From: Andalucia godoyi And28
Taxonomy: Eukaryota; Protista; Jakobida
Direction of reading: 5' to 3'
Assembly: GCA_009859145.1 (NCBI GenBank)
Contig: VRVR01000033.1
Coordinates: 186,001 to 250,000, forward strand
Length of the DNA stretch: 64,000 bases
Shown here: one piece after another, positions 9,055 through 18,652 of the stretch
Position numbering within the stretch: position 1 is the first letter of the stretch
How the letters are laid out: every line of letters starts with the position of its first letter
Translations under genes and position numbers: made by a program
Notes under the pieces: model-generated
Databases searched by the model: none
Told to the model about the DNA's origin: nothing
The model's input: only the letters and a program-made list of their open reading frames with translations

Positions 9055-10452
9055 ATGCTGTCAGTTCGTTCTGTTGCCCGTCGTTTGTTTGGTTCTGGAC
9101 CTGGTTCTGCGCGTAGTCTGCCTACGCACCGGACGCTGGCGGAGCAAGATCCCGAGCTCTCATCGCTTTTGAAACGTGAGATGCAGCGGCAGTTTTCCGG
9201 ATTGGAGCTGATTGCATCCGAGAACTTCACCTCGCGAGCGGTTCTCGAGTGCCTTGGATCGTGCCTTACGAACAAGTATGCGGAGGGTCTTCCGGGTGCC
9301 CGCTACTATGGAGGAAACGAGGTTGTGGATGAGATTGAACGTGTGTGCCAGAAACGATCTCTCGAGGCTTTCTCGCTCAACCCTGATGTATGGGGAATTA
9401 ACGTACAGCCATACTCGGGGTCGCCGGCCAACTTTGCTGCGTATACGGCGCTGCTGAATCCTCATGACCGCATTATGGGTCTTGACTTGCCCTCTGGTGG
9501 CCACTTGACGCACGGTTTCTACACCGCAAAAAAGCGTGTTTCGGCGACCTCAATCTACTTTGAGTCGCTTCCGTATACTGTGGACAGAAACACAGGAATC
9601 ATTGATTACGATGGCCTTGAAAAGATGGCGAACGTGTTTCGTCCGAAGTTGATTATTGCAGGATATTCTGCGTATCCCCGAGACTTGGACTATGCTCGCT
9701 TCAGAGCTATTGCAGACTCTGTTGGAGCACTGCTGATGTGCGACATGGCGCATTTTTCGGGATTGGTGGCTGCAGGTTTGCTGAAATCGCCGTTTGACTA
9801 CTGCGATGTTGTCACCACCACGACGCACAAATCGCTCCGTGGACCAAGAGCAGGTCTGTTCTACTTCAAGAAGGCGATTGGCGAGGAGAAATGCAACAAT
9901 GCAGTGTTTCCTTCTCTGCAAGGAGGGCCACATGTGAATGCGATTGCTGCGGTGGCAGCGCAGATGAAGGAGGTCAATACAGCCGAGTTCAAAGAATACG
10001 CAAAACAGATCATCAAGAATTCGCAGGCCATGGGTAACAAGCTCAAGCAGCTTGGAAACACCCTTGCAACCGGTGGCACCGATAACCACCTGTTATTGTG
10101 GGATGTGCGGCCACTTGGGCTGACGGGATCGAAGCTCGAGAAGCTCTACGACTTCGCGCACATCACCGTGAACAAGAACTCCGTTGCAGGTGATGTGTCA
10201 GCCATGACGCCTGGTGGTGTCCGACTTGGAGCACCGGCTCTTACGTCAAGAGGATTTATTGAAAAGGACTTTGAGCAGGTTGCCGAGCTGTTGAACACCG
10301 GAGCCGAAATCGCAGTTTCCATCCAAGAGAAGAGCGGCAAGGCACTCAAGGACTTCGTTTCATCGTGCGCGACGGATGAGCGTGTGAAGAAGCTCGGAAG
10401 CGATGCAAAGGAATTGGCTACCAAGTTCCCCATTCCAGGATTCACGCCTTAA
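9055..10452 (+). CDS. SHMT: Serine hydroxymethyltransferase with mitochondrial-type presequence
   Basis: [53 protein letters not shown] (PLP Lys), LQGGPH. ATG at 9055 ([14 protein letters not shown]). 465 aa. Confidence 0.98.
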   Translation: MLSVRSVARRLFGSGPGSARSLPTHRTLAEQDPELSSLLKREMQRQFSGLELIASENFTSRAVLECLGSCLTNKYAEGLPGARYYGGNEVVDEIERVCQKRSLEAFSLNPDVWGINVQPYSGSPANFAAYTALLNPHDRIMGLDLPSGGHLTHGFYTAKKRVSATSIYFESLPYTVDRNTGIIDYDGLEKMANVFRPKLIIAGYSAYPRDLDYARFRAIADSVGALLMCDMAHFSGLVAAGLLKSPFDYCDVVTTTTHKSLRGPRAGLFYFKKAIGEEKCNNAVFPSLQGGPHVNAIAAVAAQMKEVNTAEFKEYAKQIIKNSQAMGNKLKQLGNTLATGGTDNHLLLWDVRPLGLTGSKLEKLYDFAHITVNKNSVAGDVSAMTPGGVRLGAPALTSRGFIEKDFEQVAELLNTGAEIAVSIQEKSGKALKDFVSSCATDERVKKLGSDAKELATKFPIPGFTP

Positions 10453-10797
10453 TTGTACACTGAGCATCCATAGCCATCGCTGACGATGCATAAATAAATG
10501 TTTGCAAACGGGAACTGTGTTGCAGTTCCGAGAATGGGGATAGACCCCAGCACGCATTTCGGCGTTCTTGAGATACGTGTTACCCGCGCCATTTCAATCA
10601 CCGATTTCTCAATAACTGATCACCCGCTGTACTTACAATTTCTACTTGTCGCCTATTGGCTTCTTTTTTTGCGCCTTGCTTTTTCGTTTCGTCTTTTCTC
10701 TTCTCTTTGTTTTTTCATGTCATACTTGAAATAGACACTTACGCTTGTATCTGTGCGGTGCTTGACGGTTTTAAAAAAAAATAATTAGCAAGACACG

Positions 10798-12846
10798 ATG
10801 TGGGGACAAGGTCGCGGTCCGTCACAAGGGTACGTTCCTTCGAATCCACCACTCTCACAACCAACGTTTGCGACGCCAATTTTTTCATCCAATGTTTCTC
10901 CAGCGCAGCAGAGCATCCAGAGTACGCTGAATGCGGCCGCCAGTGCAGCCGGTGCAGCCGGTGTAGCGAATACGGGTCTTAAGACACTTCGAGGTCAAAC
11001 GGCACAAGATTGGATCGAAGGAAGAACACCAGATGGGAAGGCGTACTGGCATAATGTCGTCACGAAGGTCTCGGTTTGGGATATGCCAAATGAAGTTCGA
11101 GCTTTTCGAGAGGCATCATGGACTCAGCATTCGGCCCCGGACGGAAAACCATACTATTACAATGCAGTCACGCAGGAGACAACTTGGGACAAACCACAGT
11201 TCTTCACGCCTCCGCAAGCGACTGCCACGAGCAACGTCGGCAGTGTCCGTGTATGCACCAACACCACCACGTCCTTCTTCCCGACCACCGCCACGACCAC
11301 CGCTACCACATCCTCCAGCGGCAGCTCTCTTAGTGATGTCGTGAGTAAGAATCGAGCTTCAAGCCCAACGCATTCGGTGGATGGGTCGATTTCTTCTTCT
11401 GTTGTTTCCGAAAAAGAAAAGGACAGCGGGAAAAAGAAGTCACTGGATCGGCGAAAAGAGGAAGTACTGGAACCATCGGAAGACATGATGCCCATTCTTG
11501 AAAATTTGAAAAGAGAATTTCCAACGCCGTTGGAGAAAAGGCAGAGCTTCCGAAGCATGCTTTATGATCTGGACATCACGGTTGATGCAGTTTGGGAGCG
11601 TATTCAGCGGGTCCTTGCTCGGGATGCAAGGTACTTCCTTATCAAGTCGGCTGGTGAGCGCAAGCAGATATTCATCGAGTACGTCGCACAAAGAAAGAAG
11701 GAACAGCGGGAGCAGCGTGCGTTGGAGAAGAAACGGCAGCGAGAGGATTTTGTCAGTATGCTGCAGGAGTGCAAGGATCTGAACTCAGGAATGTCGTTTT
11801 CCCGTGCTTCAGTGTTCTTGAAGCTCGATCCACGGTTTTGTGCGTTGCAGGACGAAAGGGAGCAACGGGATTTGTACGAGGACTACATGATTGATTTAGA
11901 GAAGAAGGAGCGCGAGCAGGAGTCTCTTCTGAAAAAGAAGCTGGAAGATGACTTCATTGCTCTGTTGGAAGAGAATCGTGGAATAATGGATGGCTCCAAG
12001 ACGCAATGGACAAGAATCGCTCCCTTTTTGCAAGCAGATTTGCGGTACAAAGCCGTGACTTCTGATTCGCAAAGGACGGACCTGTTCATGCATTTCATGA
12101 AGAAGCTTCGAACAGAGGAGGACGAACGGTTCGTTCGTGAGCGGGCAGAGCGCAAGCAAAAGGAACAGTCTCTCCGCGAACAGTTCAAAGATTTCGTGAA
12201 GAGCCAGGCTTTGGAGGGCAATGTTCATTTGCGAATGTCTTGGGGTGAGTTCGAAAAGTCTCATATCAATAGCGGTGAGAAAGTGTTTGTCACAGTGTGG
12301 GATCAGCCGGTCCATCCCCGCGAACTGTTTGAAGATGTCATTGACTGGTGCGAAAAACACTACGCGGACAACAAGCAGGTAGTTCGCAGCTTGTTGGATC
12401 AGTTGAAAGTGAATCTTTCTTCTACGTTGACGTTTGATTCTGTGTGGAACAACCCCAACACTGTAGAAAAATGGAACAGTCTTCCAGAGTCAGCTCGTTC
12501 GGTTCCTTTGTGGATCATTCGCTTGTGCGTGACAGAATTCATTGAAAAAGAAAAGGATGCCGCATCAAAGTGGAAGATGACGCGAGACAAGTGCATCGAA
12601 TTGTTGAAATCGAGCGATGTTCCGGGCGATGCCAGATTCGACGATTGGGATCCCAAACTCAGTCTTCACAACTGCTGGGTGCGAATGCCGTATCTTGACA
12701 GACATGATCTGTTCCAAGAGTTCGTCTCTCACCGTCTGCCGCGTGAAGAAGCCAAGGATGGGGGTTCTGCGTCGCTGAAGCGGGATCACGGACCCAATGA
12801 TGTTGAAGCGGATGACGCTCCCGCAGCAAAGAGACGCCTCTGCTGA
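10798..12846 (+). CDS. PRPF40: Pre-mRNA-processing factor 40 (two WW domains + FF repeats)
   Basis: WIEGRTPDGKAYWHNVVTKVSVWDMP and WTQHSAPDGKPYYYNAVTQETTWDKP, followed by FF repeats (FRSML..W..L..DARY..ERKQIF). Confidence 0.9.
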   Translation: MWGQGRGPSQGYVPSNPPLSQPTFATPIFSSNVSPAQQSIQSTLNAAASAAGAAGVANTGLKTLRGQTAQDWIEGRTPDGKAYWHNVVTKVSVWDMPNEVRAFREASWTQHSAPDGKPYYYNAVTQETTWDKPQFFTPPQATATSNVGSVRVCTNTTTSFFPTTATTTATTSSSGSSLSDVVSKNRASSPTHSVDGSISSSVVSEKEKDSGKKKSLDRRKEEVLEPSEDMMPILENLKREFPTPLEKRQSFRSMLYDLDITVDAVWERIQRVLARDARYFLIKSAGERKQIFIEYVAQRKKEQREQRALEKKRQREDFVSMLQECKDLNSGMSFSRASVFLKLDPRFCALQDEREQRDLYEDYMIDLEKKEREQESLLKKKLEDDFIALLEENRGIMDGSKTQWTRIAPFLQADLRYKAVTSDSQRTDLFMHFMKKLRTEEDERFVRERAERKQKEQSLREQFKDFVKSQALEGNVHLRMSWGEFEKSHINSGEKVFVTVWDQPVHPRELFEDVIDWCEKHYADNKQVVRSLLDQLKVNLSSTLTFDSVWNNPNTVEKWNSLPESARSVPLWIIRLCVTEFIEKEKDAASKWKMTRDKCIELLKSSDVPGDARFDDWDPKLSLHNCWVRMPYLDRHDLFQEFVSHRLPREEAKDGGSASLKRDHGPNDVEADDAPAAKRRLC

Positions 12847-12978
12847 GTTGGCTTCAGACTGCTGTCCACATCATGATGGTTTCCGTTCAGTTCAGTCCAG
12901 ATGCCCGTTTACAAAGGATGAATGTACAGTACATAGATATTGATAGACCCACCCGTGGATTCGCAGCGGGTCACTTCA

Positions 12979-14988
12979 TCAAGAGTCGATGTGTTCGACG
13001 TAAGCTGGATCTTCGCCACCCATTGTCAACGATGGCCACGACTGCGAGCGTTTCAGCGGAACTTCAAATCCAATTTGACGACAGGCTGGAGTTTCATCGG
13101 CAGAGAACGACACGTGTGCGAATGCCACATTCGAGTACAGACGCAACGACCACGTTCGCAACTGAACAATTCCTGTTTGCGAAACTGTTCGGTATCGAAC
13201 GTGGAACGAATTCTGCCGAACGTCCCACACAGGGTTGTCGTCCGGAGGACTTGGAAGTGGATCGCAGATGTGCACAACCAAAACCTTCTTTTTTGAAGAT
13301 CCATCTACAACATCATTGATGCGCCACTTCAGCAAGGCACGCGGCGCATCATCTGGGAAAATGACGGGCTGATGCTCCTGCGCCCACACGGACCGCATCG
13401 CATATGTTTTATCCTCTAGATGGACTTTCAGCGACGTCGCGTCCAAACGATCGAATCCGGACTGGGCGAAGATTTGACGGAACCCCGCAGAGTCCTTGTC
13501 GACATGCAGCAAATGCGAATAGCGAGAGAAATCACCACTTTTCTCATTCTTGCTGTACCTCCACCCAAGATCCGCGCGCTCCAGAAATCGAGATACGCCC
13601 GTCATGGTGGCACTTGTGTCCATATGGACGAACTTCCTCGGAGAAGCATTTTCAAGGCGGTGCAAGGAAACGAGGGCGTGGCCTCCCGGATAGTTCAGTG
13701 CGCTGACGTAAGCAAAACCAAGAGTTGCTCCGGCAGTGAGTATCAGGAAGCAAATGGAAACGTGGGTCAACACATGCCGAGATCTCGTCCACACCTCGGA
13801 GAACCCATGCGCTGCCACAGCTGTGAACAGCGGAATCGCGTAAAAGATAAAACGAAGCTCCTTGTGAGGCAAAAAAGAGTATAAAAAGACGAACAAGAAC
13901 GCCGGGGCAAACACTCGCACACCACGCCGACCGTTGAACAGAAGGCCTAAGGTCATGATGAAGTAAGTACCAGTCATGGCGCGAGGCAGAGCAGACGAAA
14001 AGTACCAGTCGAAGCTCGCGGTTCCCCAATCGGAAGACTTGTTCAGCACGGTGTTGAAGAACAACACTTCGAATTCTGGCCACAGCAGACGTCTCCAAAA
14101 ATACGAGTCAATCAAGACGGACGCCGTTACTGCGATCCCCGACGCGATGAGACCGGCTTTGAAGACCTTTGAGAGCACGACAGACTTGAAGACAAACAGC
14201 TCCAGCAAGATAAACGGCACTGCAAAGATGACCAGTTCTGCACGAAACACTGCTGCAGCAAATGCAAGAACAGCGATAGCTACGTACACCTTGCTTCGCA
14301 GCCACAATCCAAACGCAACGAGTGCGAAGCAGAGTGCGAACGTGTTGGGCAGTGGCCGTGACATGTAGAACGGGATGTGAAACTGACAAAGGGACATCAC
14401 TCCAAACGCCGTTGCAGCAACAGAGCCAAAATGCAAGCGCACGGAAGCTCTAAAGTACGAATACGCTGCAACCAGATACAACCCAAGAACCAGCCGACAC
14501 GCATACAGCGCCGCGAGCTTCGACGAAACAAGCCCGGTTCGCACGAGCAGCTGCACCGGCAGCGAGACCGCCAGCGCGCCAATGAACGTCCGCGGCACAA
14601 CGCCCGGAAACTGCAGGTGATCGTACTCCGCAATGTCCATTCCGTGAAACAGCATGTCGTGCATTGCCTGCACATTGAACGACTCCTCAACTTTTGTGTA
14701 CGGCCCCACGCAGACATACAGTGCCACCACAAAAAACATAACGATGTCCAAGATCCGGAGTCGCAGCCACTTTTTCCACGACACACCCTGCATTGGAGAT
14801 CCCAGAGCCGCCGCCGACGAGGACCCTGCGGCGATCATCATCGACGACTTTACGATTTCGTCGAGCTTCGAAGGATTTTTCAGCAGGTCTTGGTACAGCT
14901 TTTCGTACGCACCAGCATTCAGCCGCGGTGAAGGAAGCGTCTCGCTCATGTTCCCCACCCGCTTTCGAACACTCGAGCCACCACTCAT
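12979..14988 (-). CDS. ALG12: Dol-P-Man alpha-1,6-mannosyltransferase ALG12 (GT22) with a ~135-aa C-terminal p23/CS-like extension
   Basis: PYTKVEESFNVQAMHD, YDHLQFPGVVPRTF, FHIPFYMSRPLPNTFAL, LPHKELRFI, NYPGG and HMDTSATMTGVSRF, with multiple TM helices. Confidence 0.92.
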   Translation of the reverse strand: MSGGSSVRKRVGNMSETLPSPRLNAGAYEKLYQDLLKNPSKLDEIVKSSMMIAAGSSSAAALGSPMQGVSWKKWLRLRILDIVMFFVVALYVCVGPYTKVEESFNVQAMHDMLFHGMDIAEYDHLQFPGVVPRTFIGALAVSLPVQLLVRTGLVSSKLAALYACRLVLGLYLVAAYSYFRASVRLHFGSVAATAFGVMSLCQFHIPFYMSRPLPNTFALCFALVAFGLWLRSKVYVAIAVLAFAAAVFRAELVIFAVPFILLELFVFKSVVLSKVFKAGLIASGIAVTASVLIDSYFWRRLLWPEFEVLFFNTVLNKSSDWGTASFDWYFSSALPRAMTGTYFIMTLGLLFNGRRGVRVFAPAFLFVFLYSFLPHKELRFIFYAIPLFTAVAAHGFSEVWTRSRHVLTHVSICFLILTAGATLGFAYVSALNYPGGHALVSLHRLENASPRKFVHMDTSATMTGVSRFLERADLGWRYSKNEKSGDFSRYSHLLHVDKDSAGFRQIFAQSGFDRLDATSLKVHLEDKTYAMRSVWAQEHQPVIFPDDAPRALLKWRINDVVDGSSKKKVLVVHICDPLPSPPDDNPVWDVRQNSFHVRYRTVSQTGIVQLRTWSLRLYSNVAFAHVSFSADETPACRQIGFEVPLKRSQSWPSLTMGGEDPAYVEHIDS

Positions 14989-15639
14989 TTTTTTAAATTA
15001 AAAAATTAAAAAAATAAAATCCCTTTTAAATTTCGTTCTATCTCCTCTCTCTTTCTCTTCTGATCCTCTCTAGTCTATCGAAGTACCAGGTTACGGGGCT
15101 ACCGGCAGCACCCTCCACACTTACTTCTTTCTCCTTACGCCTGTATCAAGCACCGATGTTCAACGACGTCCGCCCCGCTCTGCAGAAACTCACTGTGTAC
15201 CTCGTGTGCTGTGTGTGTATTCAATCCTTCTCAAGTCCGAGACTCTGCGAATGCAGCAAAGCGTGCGGTCGTCGACCTTGAACTTGCACCTTCAAAGGAA
15301 AATTGAGTCGGTGGGCCTCAACAAACAACAAAAGCCGGGAGAGAAACCTTATCTCCCGAGCTCCGTACGACTGCTTGTGCCTTCTGTGTCGGCGTCATGG
15401 GCCGCTGTGTGCTCCGTCAGCGTCCTCATTGTTCTGCTTTTTGGCGCAGTGTACTCTGTCACTTCTTTCTGTTGCAACGCTCTTCCGGCAACAACGTGCT
15501 ATGATGCACGCGGTCGCAGCGCCACAGCAGGAAAAATGAAAAAAAAGGCAGTAATAAACGGGTTTCAACGCTTGTAAAACTTCTTGTGCAGCCTCAATTG
15601 ATGCTGCCATTGCTCGCTTCACGACAAAATGCAGAAGAG

Positions 15640-15643
<4 letters not shown>

Positions 15644-15673
<30 letters not shown>

Positions 15674-15724
15674 GAACAAACACACACACACACACGAACA
15701 AACAGACGGACACACACGCGCACA
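15644..15724. repeat. Imperfect (CA)n microsatellite upstream of CPSF2
   Basis: Direct inspection. Confidence 0.85.
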
Positions 15725-15791
15725 CATAAACGATAGCAAAAAAAAAGTAAGAAGAAGAAAAAGAAGAGGTGCTGATTCTTACGAGGAGAAA

Positions 15792-18350
15792 ATGTCGCAA
15801 GTCAGTTTTCGTGCTCTTTTTGGCCATCGCAATAATGGGGGACCGGTGAGTCACCTTTTGAAAGTGGAAGGATGCACAATTCTGTTGGACTGCGGCTGGA
15901 ACGAGGACTTCGACCCAACGTTGCTGGAGCCACTCCGAGAAGTGTGCCCGATTGTGAACGTGGTGTTGGTGTCTCACTCGGATGTGTACCACATGGGCGG
16001 TCTTGTGTATGCGTTCAAACATTTTGGACTGAATGCACCTGTTTATGGAACACTGCCCGCGCTTAAGATGGGAGAAATGTTTCTCTTTGATGCGTTTGTC
16101 AACAAGGAAAACCGAACAAACGAATTTTCTACGTTTTCTCTGGAGGATGTGGACAGCGTAGTCGAGAAATTCATTACTGTCAAGTATTCCCAGACAATCC
16201 GGATTGCCCCATTTGACGTTCCCGTTACTCCGTTTTCGGCTGGCCGGTCTCTTGGAGGCGCGGTTTGGCAGATTAACGAGGACATTGTATACGCGGTGAA
16301 CTTCAACCATCGGAGAGAGAGAATGCTGGATGGATCGGCAATCATTCGGCTTGAGAAGCCAGCAGTCCTGATCACGGATGCGCTCTCGGCGTTCCAGGAA
16401 GCCGTCAAGGTCGAGGACCGTGAGAAGAAGCTTGCAGAGTCTGTTGCGTCTGCTTTCGCTGTTGGTGGGAATGTTCTTATTCCGTGCGATGTTGCGGGCC
16501 GATCGTTGGAGTTGTTGCTGTATCTGAATCGCTGGTGGGAGGTGAATAACTTTTCCGGGAGGTACTCGCTCGTGTTTCTTCACTCACATGCTGTTCGAAC
16601 CATTGATCTAGCAAAATCGGAACTAGAATGGATGAGTGCACAAATGGTCGATTTCGATGCGCGCGGCCAAAATCCATTCGATTTGAAGTGTGTGATGTTT
16701 TTCCATTCTCTGGAAGAATTGTTTAGACAGCCGCTGGCACAGCCAATGTGTGTCCTTGCTACCTCCGAGTCGTTGAATGTCGGTCCCGCACTGGATCTGT
16801 TCTTGCTGTGGTGCCAGCATCCGTCCAACTTGATCCTGTTCATGAATGAAGGACCGCCGGATTCAAGAGCTCGAAAGATTCTCCAAGTTAAGAATCTTGT
16901 GCGGAAAGAGAGCGCCAATGCGGATCCGAACTCGCATGCAGATTCGACCCAGTCGACGTCGTCTCAGATGAAGATGGAAGATGAAGACAGCGTCAATGCA
17001 CTTCCGGCAGGATCGGATTCAGGAATTGTTGCCAATCCAGACGATTCATTCGACATTTACATCGATACCATTATCAAAGTCCCATTGGAAGGCGACGACC
17101 TGGTGGCTTGGAGGGAGGAACAGCGAGCCGTACTGGAGGCAGAACGACAGCGAGAGATTGAGGAGCGAGAACGGAAGAAGTTGATCATTTTGCGCGACGT
17201 GGAAGCCCAGCAACAGAAGATGGAGGAAGATCGTCACTATAAGAAGGGAGAAGATGTACATATGAAGAGTGCGACAAAGGGCGGAGTTAAAACGCGTGCT
17301 GCGAAAGACGAAGAAGGGCAGATTGACATGGAGGACGACTTGGATGGAGATGGCGACGGCGACGAAGAAGCCGACGAAGAAGGCGATGGCGACGAAGAAA
17401 CAGAGGATGAACGAGCGAAGCTGGATCGGTACAAGAACAATCCGCGGTTGTTCCTCCCGAGCAATATGCGGTACAACTCGGTCTATCCTATGTTTCCGCA
17501 CATTCCGGAGGATATTTTGTCTGGAAGACGACCAATGCTGCTGCAGACGGCGAATTCCACGATTGTGGATGATCCCGTGTACGGTTCTGTGATAGATTCT
17601 ACGTTTTTCGTCTCGGCTTTGAATGCACAGAACGAAGACCAGCGTTCTGGTGGAGCACGGACGGGCGCCGATGACAAGGCAGAATGGTCGGATGTTGAAA
17701 TAGAAGCAAAGCTAGACAAGCTTCCTGTTCCGAAAAAGGGACATCCTCTCCAGCAGAATCTGCGGGCCGTATGTCGCGTTGACTTTGTTGACTATTCGGC
17801 GAGACCGGATGCATTGTCCGTGAAGCGCATCATCACTCAACGTTTAGCAGCCCGGCGTGTCGTGCTTGTCCACGGCAGCCCTGAGCAGATCAGGTCCATG
17901 GGAGACTCCATTGCGCGCTCTGCCGCAGTGACTGTTCCTGATACGTCCGACTGGATTGATCTGGAGGTCGATTCCACTGTCATTTCCGTACGTCTTCGTG
18001 AAGACCTCTTAGAAAGCATGCGATGGGTGCCGCTGCAGAATGTTGAAGCCGCGTTTCTCGAAGGCAAGCTGCAGCCGCTGCCAGACGGTGCAGGATATGC
18101 AATTGCACCCCAGACCACGGGCCACATGTCCATCTACGTTGGGGATCTCAAGATGGCCGATCTGAAATCCATTCTACAACAGGCAGGCTTCCAGTCCGAC
18201 CTGCGTGCTGGCTCCGGAACTCTCATCTGTGCAGGGGGCCGTGTGCAAATTCGAAAATCATCTGCAACCACCGTCATTGTAGAAAGCTCGCTGTGTCGCG
18301 AGTACTACGGCATTCGAAGTGTCCTCTACTCGCAGTTCGTCACCCTTTAA
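15792..18350 (+). CDS. CPSF2: Cleavage and polyadenylation specificity factor subunit 2 (CPSF100)
   Basis: Inactive metallo-beta-lactamase fold (ILLDCGWNEDF, VSHSDVYHMGGL, SAGRSLGGAVW, YAVNFNHRRERMLDG), beta-CASP region, DYSARPD, VLVHG and a C-terminal CPSF100 domain. Confidence 0.92.
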   Translation: MSQVSFRALFGHRNNGGPVSHLLKVEGCTILLDCGWNEDFDPTLLEPLREVCPIVNVVLVSHSDVYHMGGLVYAFKHFGLNAPVYGTLPALKMGEMFLFDAFVNKENRTNEFSTFSLEDVDSVVEKFITVKYSQTIRIAPFDVPVTPFSAGRSLGGAVWQINEDIVYAVNFNHRRERMLDGSAIIRLEKPAVLITDALSAFQEAVKVEDREKKLAESVASAFAVGGNVLIPCDVAGRSLELLLYLNRWWEVNNFSGRYSLVFLHSHAVRTIDLAKSELEWMSAQMVDFDARGQNPFDLKCVMFFHSLEELFRQPLAQPMCVLATSESLNVGPALDLFLLWCQHPSNLILFMNEGPPDSRARKILQVKNLVRKESANADPNSHADSTQSTSSQMKMEDEDSVNALPAGSDSGIVANPDDSFDIYIDTIIKVPLEGDDLVAWREEQRAVLEAERQREIEERERKKLIILRDVEAQQQKMEEDRHYKKGEDVHMKSATKGGVKTRAAKDEEGQIDMEDDLDGDGDGDEEADEEGDGDEETEDERAKLDRYKNNPRLFLPSNMRYNSVYPMFPHIPEDILSGRRPMLLQTANSTIVDDPVYGSVIDSTFFVSALNAQNEDQRSGGARTGADDKAEWSDVEIEAKLDKLPVPKKGHPLQQNLRAVCRVDFVDYSARPDALSVKRIITQRLAARRVVLVHGSPEQIRSMGDSIARSAAVTVPDTSDWIDLEVDSTVISVRLREDLLESMRWVPLQNVEAAFLEGKLQPLPDGAGYAIAPQTTGHMSIYVGDLKMADLKSILQQAGFQSDLRAGSGTLICAGGRVQIRKSSATTVIVESSLCREYYGIRSVLYSQFVTL

Positions 18351-18652
18351 GCATGCGCGTTAAATTAAAAAAAAAAAAAGCTACAACAACCCAACACAAA
18401 CAAATGAATGTCTACAGTTGTCGATTTCGCGGCAATTCGCAATTGATGATTAGTGATTTTTCGCATGCGTGTGTGACTTTTTACCGAGTTGTTGTCGTCA
18501 TCGTCTTCGCATACGCAGTAATCGTATTTGCGGATTCATATTCTGGATTCTGCAGTTCGTGGACCACAGGGAAGCGCACGAGACACAACAAAAAGAGAGG
18601 AAACCACTACCCCACCCCACCCCCCTAAACGAGCGAGGAAAAAGAAAAAGAC

